Shown: positions 27,797 through 42,863 of the stretch, piece by piece
Layout of the letters: the number at the start of each line of letters is the position of its first letter
Position numbering within the stretch: position 1 is the first letter of the stretch
Source: Methanobacteriota archaeon
GTDB lineage: Archaea; Thermoplasmatota; Poseidoniia; Poseidoniales; Poseidoniaceae
DNA length: 55,105 bases
Direction: 5' to 3'
NCBI GenBank assembly: GCA_011524855.1
Contig: WTJK01000062.1
Location: 10,983-66,087, forward strand
Made by a program: the position numbers and the translations under genes
Notes under the pieces: generated by a model
Seen by the model: the letters and a program-made list of their open reading frames with translations, nothing else
What the model was told of the DNA's origin: nothing
Database searches by the model: none

Positions 27797-29092
27797 ATGG
27801 GCCAGCGCAAGCGGAAGGTTCGCGTGGCCCATGAACTCCCGAAACGACGGAAGAAACTCATCGACCAGGCGTTGAAGGAGCATCGGACCGAAGACCGACC
27901 CGAATGGGACCGCTCTTCGGCGTGGGGCGACATCCGATTTTTCAGAAAGCGCATCAAGCCGGGTGAAATCCGGACGGTCCACCTCCCGCTGTTGGACGTG
28001 AGCCTCGGTGACACGTGGCCCATCCCCGTCACGGTCATTCACGGTGCTCGTCCTGGCCCATGCATCACGGTCCTGGGCGGCATTCACGGTGACGAATTGA
28101 CCGGACCATCGGCGTGCACGCACCTGCTGAGCAACGCCTTCACCGACCCCGGCAAACCGTTGGATCCCGCAACGCTCGCAGGAACCCTGCGCATCGTCCC
28201 GGTGGTGAACCTTCCAGGCTACCGGTCCAAATCACGCTATTTTCCCGATGGGCGTGATTTGAACCGACAGTTCCCCGGCAATCCATCCGGTTCGACCACC
28301 CGCCGTGTGGCGGCACAAGTTTGGCAGCACTTGGTGGAGGACAGCGATGGCATCATCGACTTGCATGCGGCTGCGAAGGGCCGAATCAACATGCCACAGG
28401 TTCGCGTCAATCTCAGTCACACCAGTTCGTACCTGCTGGCCAAGGCGTTTGGTGTTGAGATCATCATCGATTCCATCCCACCCAAGGGAACGCTTCGGTT
28501 CGCAGGGAACCAAGAGGACATCCCCGTCATCACCTACGAAGGGGGAGGAGCAGACTTCCTCGGCGACCAATCGGTTCGCGTGGCCGTTTACGGCATCATG
28601 AACGTGCTTCGCTCCTTGAAAATGGCGCACGGCGCTCCGCAGCGTCCGAAGTTCAGGATCCTGGCGTCGGGTTCCACGTGGTTGAGGGCCGCCGAAGGCG
28701 GGTTGTTGGACATGTTCGTCTCCGCTGGCAGCGTCATGCGCGAAGGCGAAGTGGTGGCGACAATTTCCGACCCTGCCACACCCGGGATGACCGTTGACAT
28801 CGTGGCGCCCGAAGATGGACTCGTCATCGGAGCAGCCACCAACCCTTTCACCGCTGCCGGAATGCCTGTTGGCCATTTCCTGCCCATTTCGAAACATTTC
28901 GCCCTGCTCGAGGAGCAAATCGACGCCAACGGTCACTTCATCGTGAACGGGAGCCAGAAGGAAAAAATCTGGCGTGAAGAGCATGAGATCAACGAAATCG
29001 CCGTCGAGGGTGACTGGGGTTCCGGGGACATCGATAACGATTGGATGGAGGCGCAGGTCGCACCTGGCCCGGACGGGGAAGAAGAGGCCTGA
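27797..29092 (+). CDS. Succinylglutamate desuccinylase/aspartoacylase (M14-like) family protein
   Basis: GGIHGDE..G, VPVVN, DLNRQFPG, IDLH, TYEGG; basic N-terminal and acidic C-terminal extensions. Confidence 0.88.
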   Translation: MGQRKRKVRVAHELPKRRKKLIDQALKEHRTEDRPEWDRSSAWGDIRFFRKRIKPGEIRTVHLPLLDVSLGDTWPIPVTVIHGARPGPCITVLGGIHGDELTGPSACTHLLSNAFTDPGKPLDPATLAGTLRIVPVVNLPGYRSKSRYFPDGRDLNRQFPGNPSGSTTRRVAAQVWQHLVEDSDGIIDLHAAAKGRINMPQVRVNLSHTSSYLLAKAFGVEIIIDSIPPKGTLRFAGNQEDIPVITYEGGGADFLGDQSVRVAVYGIMNVLRSLKMAHGAPQRPKFRILASGSTWLRAAEGGLLDMFVSAGSVMREGEVVATISDPATPGMTVDIVAPEDGLVIGAATNPFTAAGMPVGHFLPISKHFALLEEQIDANGHFIVNGSQKEKIWREEHEINEIAVEGDWGSGDIDNDWMEAQVAPGPDGEEEA

Positions 29093-30349
29093 TCAGGCCT
29101 TCGCAAACGCTGCTACCGCAGCGTGAATCTCTTCGTCCAACATGTTCCGTTTCTGGGACTTTGCCACTTCGAAGAGGTGGGCCACCAAATCGTCGGTGGC
29201 TTCGATGCCGTGTTGTTCCAGCCACCAAATGATGTTCGACCGACCCGACATGTGACCGATGCGGATGACCTGCTTCAAGCCGAAGTCGCCCGCAGGTACG
29301 CCGGAATAGACACGGTCTGCAAGCCACTGGTCGCCCTTTCGCATGGCCTTGATCACGGCCGAGGCGTGTACACCGGTACCGGTTTCAAAGGCATCCATGC
29401 CAAACACGGGGTAATTTCGGGGAAGCGGGACTTCGATGTATTCGTTGGCTTTTTGCATGTAAGCATCCAGCAAGGTGAGGTCGTTGTCAATGACGCCCAT
29501 GAGCTTGAGGTTGACGAGCGTCTGGTCAAGCGGCGCGTTGCCAGCGCGCTCCCCGACACCCAGTGCCGTGCCGTGGATCACATCGGCACCGGCTTCAACG
29601 GCAGCGATGTTGTTGGCCACGCCCAAACCTCGGTCTTGATGTCCGTGCCAATTGACCTCGATGTCGCGGCGCTGATAGCCCGCGTCCTTGATGACCTCCT
29701 CGTCGATGAACGCGAGGAGTTTCTTGACGCCGTTGGGCGTCACGTGCCCGCAGGTGTCGCAAATGCACAAACGGCGCACGCCAAGTTCCATGGCTCGTTG
29801 ATAGATCATCTTCACATCGTTGGGGTTCGAGCGCGTCGTGTCCTCGGTAACAAACATCACGGGAACATCGTTGTCAACGGCGTAGGAAACGGCTTTTTCC
29901 ATCGTTGTCATGAGTTTCTCCATCGTCCAGCCTTCGGTGAATTGACGGATGGGGCTGGTGCCAAGGAACGCTGAGGCTTGAATCTCCATGTCGTGCTTGG
30001 CCTGCAAATCAACAAGCGGTTCAATGTCGCCCATCAACGTTCGAACTGCAGCGCCGGGACGAATCTGGTAGTCGTTCTCCTTGATGTGCGTCATCATGGC
30101 GTCGATGTGGTCGCGGTGGTGAGGCCCTGCGCCGGGCAGACCCAGGTCGACCTTCTGAAGGCCAAGGCGCTCCATGTAGGAAAGCAACTCGATCTTCTGT
30201 TCGATCGTCGGGTTGCGGGCGCTGGGGCTCTGCAAGCCGTCGCGCAGCGTTTCGTCATCAAACCACACGCCGTGAGGGTGATTGGCGGGATTTCGCGTAA
30301 ATTCATACTCTACCGTGTTCCAATCGTAAATCAACGATGAATCGTCCAT
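29093..30349 (-). CDS. LeuA-family (DRE-TIM) synthase lacking the C-terminal regulatory domain
   Basis: DETLRDGLQ, CDTCG, HGHQDRG, GVGERAGNAPL, GVHASA, SGRSN; ends about 418 aa in. Confidence 0.85.
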   Translation of the reverse strand: MDDSSLIYDWNTVEYEFTRNPANHPHGVWFDDETLRDGLQSPSARNPTIEQKIELLSYMERLGLQKVDLGLPGAGPHHRDHIDAMMTHIKENDYQIRPGAAVRTLMGDIEPLVDLQAKHDMEIQASAFLGTSPIRQFTEGWTMEKLMTTMEKAVSYAVDNDVPVMFVTEDTTRSNPNDVKMIYQRAMELGVRRLCICDTCGHVTPNGVKKLLAFIDEEVIKDAGYQRRDIEVNWHGHQDRGLGVANNIAAVEAGADVIHGTALGVGERAGNAPLDQTLVNLKLMGVIDNDLTLLDAYMQKANEYIEVPLPRNYPVFGMDAFETGTGVHASAVIKAMRKGDQWLADRVYSGVPAGDFGLKQVIRIGHMSGRSNIIWWLEQHGIEATDDLVAHLFEVAKSQKRNMLDEEIHAAVAAFAKA

Positions 30350-30458
30350 GGGATAACACCTGCTGAGAAGAGAGCCCAGCATTCCTGCACGGTCTGCCCT
30401 CCCGTTTCAATGCGTCGCTTACCGACGGTGGAGCGCGTTCAGCACACAGGATGGCAAC

Positions 30459-35178
<4,720 letters not shown>

Positions 35179-35218
35179 TCACGGCACCCGAGGAGGCTTG
35201 ATTCGCTCATCAAAAAAG

Positions 35219-35247
35219 ACTCCCTGCGAAGGGGTATAAACATACCC
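35219..35247 (-). promoter_or_regulatory. TATA-containing 29-bp element upstream of gyrB, shared with rpa
   Basis: Minus strand GGGTATGTTTATACCCCTTCGCAGGGAGT; 24/29 identical to 17834-17862. Confidence 0.6.
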
Positions 35248-35422
35248 ATAAACCACCCTCGAAAACGCATGATAGCGAGCCATTTCCGACCTCTGAAAAC
35301 CATGTTTCTACACCGCTGCGGCGCCCGCCCTCGGAGCACCGTGCCAAATGTGCATGCTTCTGGCTCAGCCCCGCCAAAAACAGAGGCGTGAGCGTTAAGA
35401 AGAGGCCGCAGTTGGACGACGC

Positions 35423-36220
35423 ATGGCTGAACCGAAAGTGTGCGTGACCCTTGAAGGAACCACCGTGAAGGAAATGGGCGATGAAGCGGCCCGGGCCAAC
35501 ATCGCTGGTGCAGAACTTGTCGAAGTCCGCTTCGACCGCCTGTACCTTGTGAAACCTCAACCCGTGGCACAAGAGGATGAGAACGGCGAAATCAAACACG
35601 TGATGCCGCCCGAGGACGAATGGCACATCAAGAACGCCGATGAAGTGGACGCTGGAGAAGCCATTGCCACGCTCAAGGAATCCATCCCGTTGCCCGTCAT
35701 TTTCACCGTCCGACCCACCGCTGAGGGCGGACATTTCCCCGGAACGGATGAAGAACGCATGACCATCCTTGAAGCCGCCATTGAATCCAACGTCAACTCC
35801 GTTGACCTTGAATTGTCCATTGAAGCGGACACCCGAACCCGTCTCGTCGAATTGGCTGCCGGCAAGGGCGTCAAGGTGATTTCCTCCATCCACAACACCA
35901 CGACCACACCCAGCGCAGAGGAATTGGTCAACATGGTCAAGGAACACGCCACCGAAGAGGCCGTGTTCAAGTTCTGTGGCACGGTCAACGACCACCAAGA
36001 TGCGCTTCAGATCGTCGAGGCTTGCTATGAACTGAAGAACACAAGCTACCTTTACGCCTTGATGGCACTTGGCAACGGCGGAGATTGGGGGCGCCTCCAC
36101 GCACCTGCCCTCGGCCAAGCCCTCGTGTACGCCACCCTTCGCAACGAGTTCAAACTCTCCAACAAAGGACTCGTCAACGTTAGGGACCTCAAGCGCGCTT
36201 GGACCCTGATGGAATACTGA
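35423..36220 (+). CDS. aroD: Type I 3-dehydroquinate dehydratase
   Basis: GAELVEVRFD, PVIFTVRP..EGG, VDLEL, SSIH (catalytic His), FK (Schiff-base Lys position), MALG...R. Confidence 0.85.
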   Translation: MAEPKVCVTLEGTTVKEMGDEAARANIAGAELVEVRFDRLYLVKPQPVAQEDENGEIKHVMPPEDEWHIKNADEVDAGEAIATLKESIPLPVIFTVRPTAEGGHFPGTDEERMTILEAAIESNVNSVDLELSIEADTRTRLVELAAGKGVKVISSIHNTTTTPSAEELVNMVKEHATEEAVFKFCGTVNDHQDALQIVEACYELKNTSYLYALMALGNGGDWGRLHAPALGQALVYATLRNEFKLSNKGLVNVRDLKRAWTLMEY

Positions 36221-36221
36221 G

Positions 36222-37277
36222 TCACTCGGCTTCTCGTCCGCCGGTGGCATCCGGAGGCAAACCGACGGATGCCTGCATCATTGTTGGCACCTGCTTGGCT
36301 TCATCGACGCGTGGCCCAAGCCCAGCGTCCATGTACCGTTTGTTGAGCAAAAATGGCGCTGCCACCGCCACTGCGAGAAGGGCGAAGAACACCAACGGCA
36401 CGGTCCAGGTGGGCAAGACCAGCGACCGTTCAACGGGCATCAACGTCACGTCGGCTACAAGCACCTCGCCCGTGCTCAAGGAATCGCCATCGTGACCGTT
36501 GTCCCAGTGGTCGATGACGATGTAGAAATCCTGCCAGTTCGCACCCCCAAGGAGCGAATCGTAAATTTCAGGCCCATCCAAGGCGACGGAAAACGTCACG
36601 TCCGTCACGCCCTCGTAGGCGTGGACATCGCGGTAGGTGGTCCACCCGTTGGGCGTCACGCTCCGCCATTCCGGTGGAATGTCGCTCAGCGCATCGTTGA
36701 TGTCACCGATGCCATCGTCACCCCAATACCCCCAAGATCCGTGCATCATGTCGTAATGGTTCTCGTAGCGATCGTGTTGAACCGTGGTCATCAGATACAC
36801 ATCGGCGGAAGCGGGTTGGGAGACGTTGTCCACCACGGTGAAGAGGTTGACACACACCGTGGTGCGGTGGGTGCTCGAGAGGTTGACACGAAGGGAACCG
36901 GTGCTGTCGTTGCCCACTTGGAGGGTCGTATACACACCGTCCGTGAGCGGGTCAAGCACGGGCAGAGGCCATGTAGGATTGTACATCCATGAAGCTTCAG
37001 GGTGAAGGGCATTGTCCACGGGCGAGCCGTCGCGGTTGGTTCGTGACGGTTGGTCGGCAGCAACCTCGTCCTCTGCGACATCGTCCCACTCGTTGTACCA
37101 AAATCCACCCGTGAAGAAGGGAACACTGGCGTGACGTTGGACGGATTCGTTCCATGCGGTGGGAAGCACCTCACCCTCGCAATCACCGTCCGCTGCTACC
37201 GACGAGGGCACGATCACAGCCCCCGCCAGCGTGGCGGCCAGCAAGGACATCACCGTGAGCAAAACATCAACGCGCAT
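36222..37277 (-). CDS. Hypothetical secreted protein with C-terminal membrane anchor
   Basis: Signal-like N-terminus from ATG 37277, Trp/Asp-rich body, C-terminal TM. Confidence 0.7.
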   Translation of the reverse strand: MRVDVLLTVMSLLAATLAGAVIVPSSVAADGDCEGEVLPTAWNESVQRHASVPFFTGGFWYNEWDDVAEDEVAADQPSRTNRDGSPVDNALHPEASWMYNPTWPLPVLDPLTDGVYTTLQVGNDSTGSLRVNLSSTHRTTVCVNLFTVVDNVSQPASADVYLMTTVQHDRYENHYDMMHGSWGYWGDDGIGDINDALSDIPPEWRSVTPNGWTTYRDVHAYEGVTDVTFSVALDGPEIYDSLLGGANWQDFYIVIDHWDNGHDGDSLSTGEVLVADVTLMPVERSLVLPTWTVPLVFFALLAVAVAAPFLLNKRYMDAGLGPRVDEAKQVPTMMQASVGLPPDATGGREAE

Positions 37278-37329
37278 CCTCAACCCTTGATTGCGAACCG
37301 TTCTCGGCGGCTTGAGAACCTGTCGGCGT

Positions 37330-40300
37330 TCACCGTCGTCGGAGTGGGCGAACATAACCGCTGTCATCGCTTCGACGCTCCTCTTTGGACAAGATTTTGG
37401 GCGCTGGCGGCGGTTGGTGATGGTCCATCCCCAACAAGCCACCTTGAGCTTCGACGGTTTCGAGATCCGTGTAGGCTTCAGCGGCTTGTTTGGCCTCCTC
37501 TTCGAGCTCGGTCGGCTGCCGCATCACCAGCCAGCCCAACACAAGAGCCACGACGATGAGGACAGCAAACGTGGCCATGTCCGAACCTGCGTCGGCCAGC
37601 CATGATTTCCATTCCTCAGCACTGAACTCGGACAGGGAAGGCGGCCCTTCAGGTTCAGGAACCACCTCCACTTCCGCGGACATGGTCGTGCATTGCCCCA
37701 TGCCATCGCAAACCTCGACCACGAGCGTGTAGTAACCGGGTTCATCGTAGACATGAATGGCGCGCTCCATGGACCCAGCGGTCGGCATAACCCAATCGTT
37801 TGCGGCATCACCGTCAGCATCTTGGTCGGTTTCAACGTCAAAATCCCAACGTACGGTGTATTCAGTCAGGATGCGCTCGTCCCTCTCTTCAATGGAGCCA
37901 TCGTTCACGTCCAGATCTCGATAAATTTCCACCTCACTCCCGAATTCACGGTCCGTGATGTTGGCGTCGTAGGACGATGACACGCCTGCAAAAGTGTCCT
38001 CTGGCAGGAACAGGTCGTTGATCATAGGGGGGTGATCGACGATGATTTCAAACGAAGCCCGCGTGACATCGCCCGTTCCAAACGCATCTCGCACGGTGAG
38101 CGTGACGGTGTAGATGCCTGGCAGCACATACGCATGCCTTGGATGTGCCTCGTGATTCAACGGCGTGGCATCGCCGAAATCCCACGTGTATTCCACCAAT
38201 CCGTTCCACTCATCGGACCCCGATTCAAACGGCACGTATCGGCCTTCGAACTGGCGGTCACCGTCTCGTGTCCCGGAGGAATCGAAGAAGACCATCCGAC
38301 CGGGGGCCGTGACGACCGATCCTTCATCCGTGAACGTGTGCGACCAAGCATCGGGCTCGGTGCCCTCCGGTAGCGCTGTTTCACTGGTGATGAGGGTCCC
38401 GTTGATCCATCCGTCAAGGATTCGCACCTGAACGATGGGCAGTGGGTTTGCGATGCGGACGGTCATCGTGCGTGGGTAACTGGCCTCGCCCTCAGCATCG
38501 ACGACAACGAGGGTCACCGTGTGCTCGCCCGGCGTGGTGAAGGTGTGGGTGACCTGGGGGCGGTCCCCGTAGGTTCCGTCAGAAAACGACCAATTCCACA
38601 CGGCGATGTCGGCGTCATCACCGATCATACCATCGGGATCTCTGCTCATTCGACCGTCGAACACGTACGCCTCATCCACCTGGCCGTCCTCAGCCCTGAA
38701 GTCTATCTCGCTGGACCCCAGTGCTGAGGAGGTGCGGACCTCAAAGGCAGCAAAAGGCAGCTGGTTCAGGACCACAACGTTCAGCACAGCGGTTCGCTGG
38801 CTTCCATCATCGTCCGTGACCGTCAACGTCACGGTTTTGTTCCCCGCCGTGTCCCAGGCCAAAATCGGGTTGGCGTTTGAGCCGCTCACCGTGGAAAAGT
38901 CATCGCCTCGAGCGGGAACACCTGAGCCGAGGCGAACGCCGTCGGCGAACAGCCACTCGTAGGCGACCAGTTCACCATCCAAGTCTTCGAACACGTCAGG
39001 CATGACGAGTGAGGTGTAGGTTTGCGTAACCAGCGTCTCGCTGAACACCTGGACGGGAACCCGATTGTTGATGGTGACCTGCACCTCCTTGGTACCGATG
39101 TTGATGCCGTCCGAAACGTTGAGAACAAGGGTATAGGTGATGTTTTCACCGTCGATTTCGCCCCACTCATGTTGTTGGGCGTACACACCTACGCCGGTAT
39201 CAGACGACCCATCGCCCCAATCCCAGTGGAAGTTGAGATGCTCGGTCGGGACGTTGTCGGAGGTTCGACCCGCTGAAAACAGGATGCGTTGGTTGGTGAG
39301 CAGGCTCAATTGGTCCTCCACAACGACGTTGTTGACCGTGATGATGGGGACGGGCGCCGAATCGTCGGAGATGTTGATGACATGCACGTCGCTCTCCGAC
39401 CAGGTCCCGCCCTGGTCCATGACTCGGAGGGTGGCGTTGTACGAACCAACGGCGGTGTACGATCGCAGTGGCGACTTCAAGTTGGAGGAGCCGTTGTCAC
39501 CAAAGGACCATGCGTAAGCGGCAGGCAGGTCAAGGTAAGGAAGGGTGTTGTTGTCCAAGGACAACCCCCATGCGTCGAAACCGCCGCCGATGAATTGGAT
39601 GTTCTCCCAGGTTTGTACCTCGGGAGTTGCCACCGTTCCGTTGGCGACCGGCTTCATGTTGCCCAACAACTGAGGGGCACTGGTTGCTGCGTCAACCGTA
39701 TCGCCGAGCATGTCCTTCATGACGAGGCTGAACGTGTACTGACCGGCTTGCGGGGCTGTGAAGTACACCTCGCCGTTGACCTCTTGGCCGCCGCCCGCTG
39801 CCACACGATCGGTCAGCATGTCCACCTGTTGGCCGTTGCTGTCGGTGACGGTAATCTCGACGTCGAGATCTTCGAAAAAGGCGTTGGAAAGGACCCCGTA
39901 ACTCAGCATCACCGTGTCGTCGATGGCATCCCCGTCACGGTCAGAGAGGGTCGTTGCATTCAGGGACAAGGTCGCGGGCGAGGTGATGCGTGCCGCCTCC
40001 ACGTCGACGGTCCCGGTCGGGTAGGAGGGGCCACAGGAGGTATAATCGCAATCAGCCACCGAACTGGCGTACCAGGTAATCACCCACACCTCATCGGTGA
40101 GGTTGCCAAACCCTGGCACGAGAGCAGTCGCCACGTTGTTGGTGAAGTCAAGGTCGGTTGCAGACCACAAACCGTCCGAGGTGGCTTTGCTCACCACCAC
40201 GCCGTCGAATTGCGAAACAGAACCGGTTGCGCGGATGGTCAGCGGGGCAGGCGCAGCGCCGCCGGGGGTGAACTTGAATGAGCGGATCCCCCATCCCTCG

Positions 40301-41532
40301 ACGGGGTTGCCTGTTGATGACCAAGGTGCGAGCCAGTCGCTGTTGGTTTCGGTGGGCTGAGCCGTGCAGAAGGCGCCTCCCGTGCACACAGGGTTCAGAT
40401 CGAGGTTCGGGTAACCGTAGATGCCTTGGTCCGAATCGAGGGTCGCTGCGATGCTGAAGTTGGCGTAAATTTCTCCCATGGTCCGGCCCAACAACCCCAC
40501 TTGACCTGCTTGTGGGGAGAGAGCGAGGTTCTCCACACCCAGCCCGCCTGTGGCGGTGTCCTGTACCAGTTGGCGAACAGCAGGACCCCCGCCGAGGTGC
40601 TCGGCAAGGTACATCGTGAACATGTAACCCGCACCGTAGTCAGCGATGCGTTGGTTCCACCATCGCACCGATTGCTCGGGGCTGCCGGTCCACGCATTCA
40701 CGTGGCTGACGAGCGTTGAATCCGCTCCAAAGCAGAGATAAATGGCAACATCAGCGTTTCCTTCGTCGATCCACAGATTTTCGTAGGGGTCCAAGGCGTT
40801 GTGGAGCAAGTGCTGCAGTTCGTGGGCAAGGATGGATTTGCCCCAGGACAGGGTGATGTCAGCGAAGTCCACGAAGACCGCCTCCCGAGACGAGGCGTAG
40901 GACGGTGCGAAGTAACCACCCGTCCCGTAAGCGCCGTCCATTTGATAGATCACGATTTGGACTTGACAGTTGTTGTCAACATCGGGGGGGGCAAGCCCAC
41001 GCCCATCGAGGTAATCTTTCCCATAATAGGTGGTCATGGTAGGGTAGATGGTGGAATCCCATGTGCTGGCGAGGTTGTTGAGCACCGTGGAAGACAGCGT
41101 TCGACCCGATTCAACAAGAAACGCCACGGTGTTGGTGGTCTTGGCCACGTAGACGCTTTTGGTGCCATCGGCCGTGTTGGACGACAGCGTGTCACCCACG
41201 GTGTGGGGCGTACATGCTCTGGCGGAGCGACCCGAGGTGGCGGGTGTGTAGGTCATGTCATCAACGCCGGGGCGCCCTGCGTCAATCCACGCCTGCCGCA
41301 TGAAGCCGGTCGCTGAAACCACGGGCTCTTCCTCGTGAATGAACAGGTAAGCTGAACCTTCGTCGGGATGAAAATCATCCAAATCGCCGACGATTTCGCC
41401 AAGTTCACCGGCGTATTCAGCAGGTGCCTCCTCCTCGACAGAGGCCATGGCCGAACCCGCAAACGGTGCCCATGCCATGAGCACCATGAGGAGGGTCAAC
41501 GCCAAGGCAGAAGTGGAGCGCCGTTCCGACAT
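37330..41532 (-). CDS. Large surface-anchored zinc metallopeptidase (HExxH...E) with about six PKD domains
   Basis: Signal peptide; AHELQH...WIDEG.A; PKD cores WSFGD, WDWGDG, WLFADG, WSFSDG, WDFGD, WDFD; C-terminal TM. Confidence 0.85.
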   Translation of the reverse strand: MSERRSTSALALTLLMVLMAWAPFAGSAMASVEEEAPAEYAGELGEIVGDLDDFHPDEGSAYLFIHEEEPVVSATGFMRQAWIDAGRPGVDDMTYTPATSGRSARACTPHTVGDTLSSNTADGTKSVYVAKTTNTVAFLVESGRTLSSTVLNNLASTWDSTIYPTMTTYYGKDYLDGRGLAPPDVDNNCQVQIVIYQMDGAYGTGGYFAPSYASSREAVFVDFADITLSWGKSILAHELQHLLHNALDPYENLWIDEGNADVAIYLCFGADSTLVSHVNAWTGSPEQSVRWWNQRIADYGAGYMFTMYLAEHLGGGPAVRQLVQDTATGGLGVENLALSPQAGQVGLLGRTMGEIYANFSIAATLDSDQGIYGYPNLDLNPVCTGGAFCTAQPTETNSDWLAPWSSTGNPVEGWGIRSFKFTPGGAAPAPLTIRATGSVSQFDGVVVSKATSDGLWSATDLDFTNNVATALVPGFGNLTDEVWVITWYASSVADCDYTSCGPSYPTGTVDVEAARITSPATLSLNATTLSDRDGDAIDDTVMLSYGVLSNAFFEDLDVEITVTDSNGQQVDMLTDRVAAGGGQEVNGEVYFTAPQAGQYTFSLVMKDMLGDTVDAATSAPQLLGNMKPVANGTVATPEVQTWENIQFIGGGFDAWGLSLDNNTLPYLDLPAAYAWSFGDNGSSNLKSPLRSYTAVGSYNATLRVMDQGGTWSESDVHVINISDDSAPVPIITVNNVVVEDQLSLLTNQRILFSAGRTSDNVPTEHLNFHWDWGDGSSDTGVGVYAQQHEWGEIDGENITYTLVLNVSDGINIGTKEVQVTINNRVPVQVFSETLVTQTYTSLVMPDVFEDLDGELVAYEWLFADGVRLGSGVPARGDDFSTVSGSNANPILAWDTAGNKTVTLTVTDDDGSQRTAVLNVVVLNQLPFAAFEVRTSSALGSSEIDFRAEDGQVDEAYVFDGRMSRDPDGMIGDDADIAVWNWSFSDGTYGDRPQVTHTFTTPGEHTVTLVVVDAEGEASYPRTMTVRIANPLPIVQVRILDGWINGTLITSETALPEGTEPDAWSHTFTDEGSVVTAPGRMVFFDSSGTRDGDRQFEGRYVPFESGSDEWNGLVEYTWDFGDATPLNHEAHPRHAYVLPGIYTVTLTVRDAFGTGDVTRASFEIIVDHPPMINDLFLPEDTFAGVSSSYDANITDREFGSEVEIYRDLDVNDGSIEERDERILTEYTVRWDFDVETDQDADGDAANDWVMPTAGSMERAIHVYDEPGYYTLVVEVCDGMGQCTTMSAEVEVVPEPEGPPSLSEFSAEEWKSWLADAGSDMATFAVLIVVALVLGWLVMRQPTELEEEAKQAAEAYTDLETVEAQGGLLGMDHHQPPPAPKILSKEERRSDDSGYVRPLRRR

Positions 41533-41618
41533 GAGATTCACCGTGAGAATCAAGTGACAGATTCCCATTTCTCCGTCCGCAATGGAGGTATTTAAGAGTC
41601 CGTGGTTCGGGCGTCATC

Positions 41619-42797
41619 ATGATGTCGCGACTTGCCGTGCGTGCGCTGGCGTTGATGGCCTGTTTGGTGCTCGCAACCTGTTCGGTCGCAGGCCAACAAC
41701 CGATGCCATCAACCCTCGAGGATGCGGCATGCGATGTGTCGTCCACGCTGTTGTTTGACGGCACAGCGGCCAATCGATCGATCAGTGAACAAGTGGACCT
41801 TGGCCCGAGGTTGCCCGGCTCAAACGCTTCCCTGGCCCTTCGAACCATCATGTTGGAAGCTGCCGAAGCGAACGGCTGGACCGCAGAAACACAGGTCCAC
41901 GAGCGCCACGGCATGAACCTCACCAACGTGATCTTGACGCTGAACGGCTCCGCTGCCACACCGCGAACTGCTGTTGTACTGAGCGCACACTATGACTCAC
42001 GCAACATTGCCGACCAGGACCTCAACGCTTCCAACCGCAGCCTCCCGGTGCCCGGGGCAAACGACGGAGCCAGCGGAACAGCCGTGCTCCTTCAATTCAT
42101 TTCCATCGCACCCCAGTTGAACCTTGAACACGACCTTGTGTTGTTCTTCAACGATGCAGAGGACCAAAACCAGAACTACACCGAAGGAGCAGAAGCGTGG
42201 GCGGACAACCTGACGGACGAAGATGTGGAGCGCATCGAATCCTTCCTTTTGCTTGACATGGTTGGCGACGCCGACCTGCACCTTCACAACATTGAACCAG
42301 GCAATCAAACGTTGAAACAGCGCTTGCTGGCGCTGGGAGCCGCCCTCGGCATGGTCGCCGACCAAACCGATTGCGCCGGTGAACTTGGCGAAGACATCAT
42401 GCGCTACAACGTGACCACGGCCGTGATTGACGATCACATCCACCCCCACGCCCTTGGCATCCCAAGTGTCAACCTGATGGACCCGGTGTACGGTGAATCC
42501 AAATCTGGCACGTTTGGATCTTACTGGCACACCATGGAAGACACGCCGGACAAGGTCAGCGCGGAATCGCTTGAACGCGTGGGTCGCTTGGTCGAAGTGG
42601 CGCTACGAACAGGTGCGTTGCTCGACGTCGACCCTCAGGAGCAACCCGAACCAAACGACCCCGGTTCCACAGCAACCGATGTCGAAACCTCGTCGGCCCC
42701 ATCACGCAACAGCGGTCTTTTGGCGCTTGGTCTCGTTGGCCTGCTTCTGATTTTGGGCCTCATTGGGACGGCTGAATGGTACTTGAAGCGCAGTTGA
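41619..42797 (+). CDS. M28-family peptidase / glutaminyl-cyclase-like, secreted and membrane anchored
   Basis: SAHYDSR, GANDGASG, DAED, LLDMVG, DDH, WHT.ED; signal peptide and C-terminal TM. Confidence 0.88.
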   Translation: MMSRLAVRALALMACLVLATCSVAGQQPMPSTLEDAACDVSSTLLFDGTAANRSISEQVDLGPRLPGSNASLALRTIMLEAAEANGWTAETQVHERHGMNLTNVILTLNGSAATPRTAVVLSAHYDSRNIADQDLNASNRSLPVPGANDGASGTAVLLQFISIAPQLNLEHDLVLFFNDAEDQNQNYTEGAEAWADNLTDEDVERIESFLLLDMVGDADLHLHNIEPGNQTLKQRLLALGAALGMVADQTDCAGELGEDIMRYNVTTAVIDDHIHPHALGIPSVNLMDPVYGESKSGTFGSYWHTMEDTPDKVSAESLERVGRLVEVALRTGALLDVDPQEQPEPNDPGSTATDVETSSAPSRNSGLLALGLVGLLLILGLIGTAEWYLKRS

Positions 42798-42863
42798 AGG
42801 CGCGCCCTGCGATGAAAGGGGTCTTATCCGCGCACGGGCTGGCTTTGCTCGGAGGGGCATGAA

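Noticed and set aside
27224-28123. Apparent fusions extending the thioesterase and desuccinylase ORFs
   Set aside because: Mutual antisense read-through; the real starts are at 27715 and 27797.
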